A DNA stretch of 64,000 nt from Bacillota bacterium. Its GTDB lineage: Bacteria > Bacillota > SHA-98 > UBA4971. The notes beneath the pieces are model-generated. The model ran no database searches. It was not told where the DNA came from and was given only the letters and a program-made list of their open reading frames with translations. The position numbers and the translations under genes were made by a program. Position 1 is the stretch's first letter. The number at the start of each line of letters is the position of its first letter. Shown here one piece after another: positions 57,582 to 64,000 of this stretch. The DNA lies in assembly GCA_035593725.1 (NCBI GenBank), contig DAOSZN010000010.1, forward strand, positions 2,308 to 66,307, given 5' to 3'.

Positions 57582-58592
57582 TTGGAAGAGGTAGGTTTAG
57601 GGGTTATCGGTGCAGGAAGAATAGGGAAAATTCACGCCCGTAACTTGAAATACCTGATTCCCGGCGCCAAATTGGTGGCAATCTCGGATATTGTGGAAGA
57701 AGCTGCCTATCAGGCCGCTCGAGAACTGGACATCCCTTCTGTAGAGACTGACCATGGCAAACTGCTTGAGAGAAAAGACATAAGAGGTATAGTAATATGT
57801 TCGTCCACAGATACACATGCTGACATAATTGAAGAAGCAGCGGAAGCGGGGAAACACATTTTCTGTGAGAAACCTATTGCGCTTGAAATTCCCCGTATTG
57901 AACAAGCACTGTCTGTCGTAGAAAAAGCGGGAGTCAAATTGCAAGTCGGTTTTAACAGGCGCTTCGATCCCAGTTTCAAAAAGGCCAAACAACTGATTGA
58001 GAGCGGAGAAATAGGTGTTCCGTATGTAATCCGCATCACAAGCAGGGATCCTGCTCCGCCGCCTATCGCTTATGTAAAAAGTTCCGGGGGCTTGTTCCTG
58101 GACATGATGATTCATGACTTTGACATGGCCCGTTTTTTGATTGGGGATGAAATCTCCGAGCTAATGGCGGTTGGCGACTGTCTCATAGACCCTGCAATAG
58201 GCGAGGCAGGCGATATTGATACCGCCATCGTCACCTTAAAGTTCAAAAACGGGGTTATGGGGGCTATCGATAATAGTCGAAAGACGGCATACGGGTATGA
58301 TCAAAGAATCGAAGTCCATGGATCAAAAGGGACAATAACCGTAGGCAACAAAACACCTACAGAGGTTATCCTTCATAATGAATCCGGCATCCAAGGAGAT
58401 GTCTTGCTCAATTTCTTCATCGAGCGATATCAAGATTCGTACCTGGCAGAGATGGAAGAGTTCGTAAACTGCATCATGAATGATGAGGAACCGTCGGTAG
58501 GAGGGTTTGACGGATTGATTTCTGTCCGGATGGGATACGCTGCTCTTGAGTCACTTCAAACAAAGAGGTTCGTCACTTTTGAGAATGATTAA
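57582..58592 (+). CDS. Inositol 2-dehydrogenase-like Gfo/Idh/MocA oxidoreductase
   Basis: GVIGAGRIGKIHA, CEKP, GFNRRFDP; IolG-like length and motifs. Confidence 0.7.
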   Translation: MEEVGLGVIGAGRIGKIHARNLKYLIPGAKLVAISDIVEEAAYQAARELDIPSVETDHGKLLERKDIRGIVICSSTDTHADIIEEAAEAGKHIFCEKPIALEIPRIEQALSVVEKAGVKLQVGFNRRFDPSFKKAKQLIESGEIGVPYVIRITSRDPAPPPIAYVKSSGGLFLDMMIHDFDMARFLIGDEISELMAVGDCLIDPAIGEAGDIDTAIVTLKFKNGVMGAIDNSRKTAYGYDQRIEVHGSKGTITVGNKTPTEVILHNESGIQGDVLLNFFIERYQDSYLAEMEEFVNCIMNDEEPSVGGFDGLISVRMGYAALESLQTKRFVTFEND

Positions 58593-58757
58593 TCAGATTG
58601 TTTAAAGTAAAGAACTGTTTTCAAAGGAAGAAAGAATTACTTTACATGCGAAATCTTATACTTACGATTTAAAACGTTTACGGAACCTGTGAAAATCCTG
58701 GCAAGTTCCTATTGGTCCGGATTCGGACACAAGTAGACTCAAATCAGATACAAGGAG

Positions 58758-59957
58758 ATGAGATGCGTGGGCAAGATGAGAGGGGTAACATTACTGGCGG
58801 ACTGGGATCCAAAACCCGAGTTTAAGCTTGGTTCCAAAGACATCGACAAGAAGCAAACCTATTCAGGAAGCAAGGTCTGGCGAAACCCGAGAATTGAAAT
58901 TCTGGATCATGAGATACCGGAGCCCGGCCGTGAAGAAGTGCTAATCGAGGTAAAGGCTTGTGGGATTTGCGGCAGCGATGTACACATGGCCCAGGCTGAC
59001 GACGATGGCTACATATTTTATCCGGGTTTGACGGGTTTCCCTGCGATTTTAGGTCATGAATTCTCCGGCGTTGTGGTGAAAGCGGGACCCGGTGCGATCA
59101 GCAAGAGAACAAATAAGCCTTTTGAGCCAGGAGAGGCTGTTACAGCAGAGGAGATGCTATGGTGCGGACAGTGCAAACCTTGTGCTGACGGCTATCCGAA
59201 CCATTGCGAACAACTTGATGAGCTTGGGTTTAATATTCACGGGGCATTCACCAAATACGTAGTGGTCCCTTCACGTGTAGTCTGGAGTCTGGAACCCTTA
59301 AGGAAACGTTACTCAGGTGATGAACTGTTCCTGGCAGGCAGCTTAGTGGAACCGACGTCTGTTGCCTACAATGCTGTGGTTGAGCGCGGCGGCGGAATTC
59401 GTCCCGGGGATAACGTAGTTATTTGCGGGGGAGGCCCGATAGGGGTGGCAGCCTGCGCTATTATGAAACGAATGGGCGCTGCTCGGGTCATCCTTTCCGA
59501 GCCAATGACAGAGCGAGCGGAGTTAGGCAAGAAACTCGGCGCGGACTACACAATTGATCCCACGAAGGAGAACTTCGCAGAAAGAGTCCTGGAGCTGACT
59601 GACGGTATGGGCGCCAGCTTGTATCTTGAAGCCACAGGACTGCCTACAGTAGTCTATCCCGGAATCGAAGAGGTCATTTGGGAAGGCCGCACGCTTAACA
59701 GTACAGTGGTGGTAGTCGCCAGGGCTGACGCTAAGATGCCGGTGACCGGCGAGGTCCTGCAAGTAAGGAGAGCTCAAATCGTGGGCGCGCAGGGACACTC
59801 CGGACATGGGACTTTCCCCAGAGTCATTGAGTCAATGGCTGACGGCATGGATATGACCCCCATGATTACCAAGAAGATTACATTGGATGAGGTTCCTGAG
59901 AATATCATTGCCCTGCGCACCAATCGTACTGATTGCAAGATTTCTTGTGTCATGTAA
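58758..59957 (+). CDS. Zinc-dependent medium-chain alcohol/polyol dehydrogenase
   Basis: CGICGSDVH, GHEFSGVV, structural zinc Cys cluster (CGQCKPCADGYPNHC), GGGPIG. Confidence 0.8.
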   Translation: MRCVGKMRGVTLLADWDPKPEFKLGSKDIDKKQTYSGSKVWRNPRIEILDHEIPEPGREEVLIEVKACGICGSDVHMAQADDDGYIFYPGLTGFPAILGHEFSGVVVKAGPGAISKRTNKPFEPGEAVTAEEMLWCGQCKPCADGYPNHCEQLDELGFNIHGAFTKYVVVPSRVVWSLEPLRKRYSGDELFLAGSLVEPTSVAYNAVVERGGGIRPGDNVVICGGGPIGVAACAIMKRMGAARVILSEPMTERAELGKKLGADYTIDPTKENFAERVLELTDGMGASLYLEATGLPTVVYPGIEEVIWEGRTLNSTVVVVARADAKMPVTGEVLQVRRAQIVGAQGHSGHGTFPRVIESMADGMDMTPMITKKITLDEVPENIIALRTNRTDCKISCVM

Positions 59958-60119
59958 TAGAAAGACCTTGCAACAGTCGGCACATGTGCCGGGTAGAGGC
60001 GTTTAGATAATCCGGAAATGGATGGCAAAAGGGTCGGATGGCCTCCCTCATAATAAGCGGTCCTTATTTGAGCAGACTCTTTTGCCGTCCTCTTGAAATG
60101 TCAAAGGGGGAAACCATAG

Positions 60120-61229
60120 ATGGCAGAGAAGGACAAGATTTGGTTGACTACTGAGTGTCCTGCCATAGTATTTGAGGATAACACTGTCGGCAGGTTGAAG
60201 AAGAAGATTTGGGACGCGTCTGAGGAAGAGATCGAGGAAATCTTGGCGAAATATGAAATCCCGTCTGAGCCGGAACTGGGAAAACCCGGTACATATATTC
60301 AGAATACCGTCCGCAATGAATTGATACAAAATCGTAGGAAGAACGATGTAGTGTTAATTCCTGTAGGTTGTACCGAAAATCACGGTATTCACACAGTAAG
60401 CGGCCTTGACACTTTTATGGTGACTCAGATTTGCGAAGGAGTGCGCAGATACACAGCGAAGCAAGGACGACCTGTAAACCTTGCATTTCCTCCGCTGAAT
60501 TACGGCGGACACCCGTACCATCATCTGGGAATGCCGGGAACCGTGATTATGCCTGAGGAAGTAGTCCGTGAAACCATGATCAACGTAATGCTGGGATTAT
60601 GGAATGACGGTTTTCGCAAGCAGATTATAATCAACAACCACGGCCAGCTTTGGATGCTGGAAGCTGCGCTTCAGGAGTTCATGAAGAGATATCACTTGCC
60701 AGGCGTATTCCAAGTGATGGATTGGCACCGCGCTGTCAGGGAATTCTTCTATCCCGTTCACCGAAAAGACAGTCTGGAGACGCATTTTGTCCATGCAGAT
60801 GAAGCGGAGACTTCAGTGGCTTTGTTGATGTTCCCTGAAGGTATGGTGGATATGAGTGTGGTTGTGGACGCTGAAGGTAAGGGATATCTTCCTGACGGCC
60901 ACTTTGATAAGTCGGTGGAGCCTTTCCGTCGTCCGCACCGTTGGTCTGAAGGAGAGGGGCATATGGCTATTGAGCGAGCAGCCACTCCTGAAGGGGTTGT
61001 AGGAAAACCCAGCTTATCAACAGCGGAAAAGGCGAAAAGACCAATCGCAGCTATCCTTGAGTATTTGACTCTGGTTATTGATCAAATCCTGGAGGTTTTC
61101 CCACCTGGAGAGGTTCCTCCCGTTGAGGAAGTTACTTTGAGAACAGCTGAGGAAATGGAGCCGTTCTTAAAAGAGCCGGGCAGCCCGGGATGGAAATCCG
61201 TATATGAACTGCCGAAAATCGGGTTTTAG
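60120..61229 (+). CDS. Creatininase-family amidohydrolase/hydrolase
   Basis: IPVGCTENHG, GGH, NNHGQ motifs typical of the creatinine amidohydrolase fold. Confidence 0.65.
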   Translation: MAEKDKIWLTTECPAIVFEDNTVGRLKKKIWDASEEEIEEILAKYEIPSEPELGKPGTYIQNTVRNELIQNRRKNDVVLIPVGCTENHGIHTVSGLDTFMVTQICEGVRRYTAKQGRPVNLAFPPLNYGGHPYHHLGMPGTVIMPEEVVRETMINVMLGLWNDGFRKQIIINNHGQLWMLEAALQEFMKRYHLPGVFQVMDWHRAVREFFYPVHRKDSLETHFVHADEAETSVALLMFPEGMVDMSVVVDAEGKGYLPDGHFDKSVEPFRRPHRWSEGEGHMAIERAATPEGVVGKPSLSTAEKAKRPIAAILEYLTLVIDQILEVFPPGEVPPVEEVTLRTAEEMEPFLKEPGSPGWKSVYELPKIGF

Positions 61230-61311
61230 CTAAAAGGTCATAATCTCCCGGGATGTTTAGGACGTTCATGGGAAAGGGGAGGGGTTCTTCTCTTTCCCAT
61301 GAACGTGAGTC

Positions 61312-61590
61312 ATGTCTGATTCACGAAAAGCGATAAATGAGAAGATGCTCATGCTATTAGGGTTTAACTGCGCAACCGGTATGAATTACGATTTAAAGAC
61401 GGATATTCGCTTGGCAAAGCATGCAGGATTTGAACTATTGGAGATTATTTGGGCTGCCAAACTGAACAAGTGCTTGGAGAGTAATTCAGCCTGGAGTCTG
61501 AAACAGCTGTTTGGCGAGGCCGGTATTAAACTTGAAATTCTTTGGGGAGAGGTATTGAGTTACCGACTTACCGATGCTATCATAGAATAA
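61312..61590 (+). pseudogene. Truncated N-terminal fragment of a xylose-isomerase-like TIM-barrel sugar phosphate isomerase/epimerase
   Basis: 92-aa ORF with LGFNCATGMNYDLKTDIRLAKHAGFELLEI typical of the family N-terminus, then stop; no continuation in any frame. Confidence 0.4.
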
Positions 61591-61599
61591 ATTCATAGC

Positions 61600-61942
61600 G
61601 TGGATCAAGACAAGGACGATGAAGAGGAGGAGTAAGCCGGTGAAAGAGCAAAAAGCGAGCTCTGACCGGTGAGAGGGGGCCTCTGTAGCCGAGCTGAAGT
61701 TCGCCTCGGAGTCGCCTGTTGAAGCCTGTGCCGGGATTTAAGGCTCGATGGCCGAGGATGCGCAGGTGGTAGGCGGTGCCGGTGTTCCCACCGTTATACG
61801 GGAAACCCATCGGGATCTAAGATATCAGGATCTGATATGATGGTCCCCGTGGGGTAAAGTGGGCATTTGTGCCAAGCGGAGTGGTACCGCGGGAGGATAG
61901 CGCCTTTCGTCTCTATGAACGAAAGGCGTGTTTCTTTTTTCT
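61600..61942 (+). promoter_or_regulatory. T-box riboswitch leader (tRNA-sensing antitermination)
   Basis: Conserved T-box sequence AGUGGUACCGCGG at 61880-61893 immediately followed by the terminator; multiple upstream stem-loops. Confidence 0.6.
61901..61942 (+). terminator. Rho-independent terminator (T-box expression platform)
   Basis: 10-bp perfect stem CGCCTTTCGT/ACGAAAGGCG, 8-nt loop, followed by TGTTTCTTTTTTCT. Confidence 0.65.
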
Positions 61943-62042
61943 ATAGCCTTCATGCGGGTAACAAGGCAGAAGCGGAGAAAACGCCTAATTGACATGGTGA
62001 TAAGGTGTCATGCCTCAGGAGATAGGAGAGAGGAGGATTCGC

Positions 62043-63353
62043 ATGATATGGAGTCCGGAATATGAGTGTATGTCCCGTGAGAGACTGGAACAGCTACAGA
62101 TTAAGCGGTTAAAGGCCACGTTGCGAAGGGTGAGGGATTGTGTGCCTTTTTACAGAGCTCGTCTGGATGAGGCAGGAATAGAGCCTGATGACATCTGTTC
62201 TCTTGACGATCTTACTCACATCCCTTTTACCACCAAGGAAGACCTGAGGGCAAACTACCCCTTTGGATTATTTGCCGTCCCTGCGGAAGAAGTTATGCGG
62301 ATCCATGCGTCTTCAGGCACGACGGGGAAGATGACTGTCGTCGGGTACACAAAAGGAGATATCAGCGTTTGGTCTGAAGTGATGGCGAGAGCGCTTGCGT
62401 CAGGCGGGGTGACGTCTAAGGACTTGATACATATTGCCTATGGCTACGGGCTCTTTACCGGGGGGCTTGGTGTCCATTACGGCGGTGAACTTCTTGGCGC
62501 CACAGTTGTCCCTGTCTCAGGCGGAAACACAAAGAGACAGTTACAGATTATGCAAGACTTCGGCACCACTGTCCTTGCTTGTACTCCTTCATACGCCTTA
62601 TACATGGCTGAAGCTGCGAAGGACGAAGGAATAGACATGAATGGGTTATCTCTTCGAGTAGGCATTCTCGGGGCTGAACCTTGGTCTGACAATATGCGCA
62701 AGGAAATTGAAGAGAAGCTGGGGATTGAGGCATTTGACATATACGGCATGTCTGAGATCATGGGCCCCGGGGTGGCGATTGAGTGCTCAGAGCATGAGGG
62801 GCTTCATGTGTTTGAAGACCACTTTCTTGTGGAAGTCGTTGACCCCGACACAGGTTGTGTGTTGCCGCCCGGCGCAAAAGGTGAGCTTGTATTTACGTCC
62901 CTTACAAAGGAAGCCTTCCCAATTATCCGATATCGGACCCGTGACATAAGCATTCTCAACTACCGGCCATGCGCTTGTGGAAGGACCCACGTCAGGATGC
63001 ATCGAGTCCTCGGACGGACTGATGATATGCTGGTGGTTCGCGGTGTCAATGTATTCCCGTCCCAGATTGAAAGCGTGCTCCTGGAAATCAGCGGAACAGA
63101 GCCTCATTACCTGATCGTCGTAGACCGTCTCAATAACCTTGATGAGCTCGAAATATGGGTGGAAGTCTCTGACGAGTTATTTTCAGACCAGGTCAAGTGC
63201 TTGGAGGATTTGGGCAAAAGAATCAGAAGCTCTCTTGAAAGCGCATTGGGCATCTCTGTCCGTGTGAAGTTGGTGGAGCCGAAGACTATACCGAGGAGTG
63301 AAGGGAAGGCCAGGCGGGTTGTGGATAGGCGCGAGGTTTATCCTGAAGGCTAG
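62043..63353 (+). CDS. Phenylacetate-CoA ligase family (PaaK/coenzyme F390 synthetase-like aryl-CoA ligase)
   Basis: [20 protein letters not shown]-binding motif, PaaK N-terminal pattern, GAGAGGAGG SD; longest ORF starts 62010. Confidence 0.8.
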   Translation: MIWSPEYECMSRERLEQLQIKRLKATLRRVRDCVPFYRARLDEAGIEPDDICSLDDLTHIPFTTKEDLRANYPFGLFAVPAEEVMRIHASSGTTGKMTVVGYTKGDISVWSEVMARALASGGVTSKDLIHIAYGYGLFTGGLGVHYGGELLGATVVPVSGGNTKRQLQIMQDFGTTVLACTPSYALYMAEAAKDEGIDMNGLSLRVGILGAEPWSDNMRKEIEEKLGIEAFDIYGMSEIMGPGVAIECSEHEGLHVFEDHFLVEVVDPDTGCVLPPGAKGELVFTSLTKEAFPIIRYRTRDISILNYRPCACGRTHVRMHRVLGRTDDMLVVRGVNVFPSQIESVLLEISGTEPHYLIVVDRLNNLDELEIWVEVSDELFSDQVKCLEDLGKRIRSSLESALGISVRVKLVEPKTIPRSEGKARRVVDRREVYPEG

Positions 63354-63421
63354 TTGTGGTAAGGAATCTGCGCTTTGTTGCGAAGACAAAACCAAGAAGG
63401 GGAAAGCGAGGGTGTGCTACT

Positions 63422-63850
63422 ATGAAGGCAAAGCAGCTTTCGATATTTCTGGAGAATAAAGTAGGTCGTCTTGCGGAAGTCACCGATGTCCTCGGGGACA
63501 AGGATATCAATATCAGAGCCCTCTCTTTGGCTGACACGTCAGACTTCGGGGTGTTACGGTTGATAGTTGACGATCCCGACCGTGCCGAGAAGGCGCTGAG
63601 AGAGGATGGGTATACAGTCAGCATCACCGAAGTCATTGCAGTCAAGGTGCCGGATAAGCCAGGGGGACTGAGCCGGGTGTTGAAGTCCTTTGCTGATCTG
63701 GAAGTCAATGTCGAATACATGTACGCTTTTGCCGGCAAAAACGGAGACAATGCAGTTGTAGTCTTCAGAGTCGATGACCCGGAAAGAGCGATCCCCATTT
63801 TGCAACAGCATGGGGTGGCGCTTCTGACAGAAGACGAGATCTATCAATAG
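63422..63850 (+). CDS. Tandem ACT-domain protein
   Basis: Two ACT-like beta-alpha-beta-beta-alpha-beta repeats (LSIFLENKVGRLAEV..., LSRVLKSFADLEVNVEYMYAF); commonly paired with PaaK-like ligases. Confidence 0.7.
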   Translation: MKAKQLSIFLENKVGRLAEVTDVLGDKDINIRALSLADTSDFGVLRLIVDDPDRAEKALREDGYTVSITEVIAVKVPDKPGGLSRVLKSFADLEVNVEYMYAFAGKNGDNAVVVFRVDDPERAIPILQQHGVALLTEDEIYQ

Positions 63851-63859
63851 GTTGTAAAT

Positions 63860-64000
63860 TTATGAGAGCTTAAACCGGGTTACGCTTTCTTTGAGTCGTT
63901 GAGCCATGCCTCTTAGAGAGGCTGCCAGATGTGCTATGTCTTGAATTGAAGCAGTCATCTCTTGTGCTGATGCAGAGACTCTGTCTATTGATGAGGCGGT
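63860..64000 (-). CDS. Methyl-accepting chemotaxis protein, C-terminal end (partial at window edge)
   Basis: Reverse-strand translation ...ASSIDRVSASAQEMTASIQDIAHLAASLRGMAQRLKESVTRFKLS* matches the MCP signalling-domain C-terminus. Confidence 0.6.
   Translation of the reverse strand, partial: TASSIDRVSASAQEMTASIQDIAHLAASLRGMAQRLKESVTRFKLS

Noticed and set aside
61989-61994. Perfect TTGACA hexamer just upstream of the PaaK-like gene
   Set aside because: No acceptable -10 at 16-19 nt spacing; the gene is more plausibly expressed by read-through of the T-box terminator.

Overview
Clostridia-like (Firmicutes) chromosomal segment of about 50% GC, densely coding on both strands, with no rRNA, tRNA, CRISPR or obvious transposase or integrase genes. 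Recognisable content follows. (1) A canonical SCIFF ribosomal peptide with its radical-SAM/SPASM maturase, followed 24 nt later by a HEXXH-18-E (M1-like) zinc peptidase. (2) A second, uncharacterised RiPP-like operon at about 12.4-17.4 kb, which I consider the most interesting region. It comprises a LuxR-type regulator with a degenerate N-terminus, a strongly SD-led 33-codon ORF with a downstream hairpin, and a radical-SAM/SPASM enzyme with an N-terminal RRE-like extension. These are followed by a CPBP (CAAX-type) intramembrane protease, an ABC ATPase, an ABC-2 permease and a further small Cys-containing ORF. (3) An MNT/HEPN toxin-antitoxin pair. (4) An MtaD-like amidohydrolase with ThiF/MoeB, preceded by a purine-riboswitch-like three-way-junction motif. 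(5) A sigma-54 enhancer-binding protein, a near-consensus -24/-12 promoter, a repeat-rich ~330-nt leader, an unassignable 409-aa protein and an ADP-forming acyl-CoA synthetase. (6) A roughly 20-kb amino-sugar/peptide utilisation island. It holds a family-5 SBP, a CN hydrolase, an alpha/beta hydrolase, an APH-family kinase, a divergent enolase-superfamily enzyme and Gfo/Idh/MocA oxidoreductases. It also holds AraC and ROK regulators, an Opp/Dpp-type ABC transporter, a TIM-barrel isomerase, NagA and NagB. (7) Divergent comFA and comFC. (8) A LacI-regulated inositol-like module (IolG-like dehydrogenase, Zn-ADH, creatininase-family hydrolase) ending in a truncated TIM-barrel epimerase remnant. (9) A T-box leader with terminator upstream of a PaaK-like aryl-CoA ligase and an ACT protein. 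Other genes include an HDAC-family protein, a hydantoinase-like protein, UPF0182, Ogg, MreB-like, an SSS symporter, MFS, a DUF151 nuclease and a partial MCP at the window end. All calls rest on motif-level reading of the ORF translations and DNA; no database searches were run.
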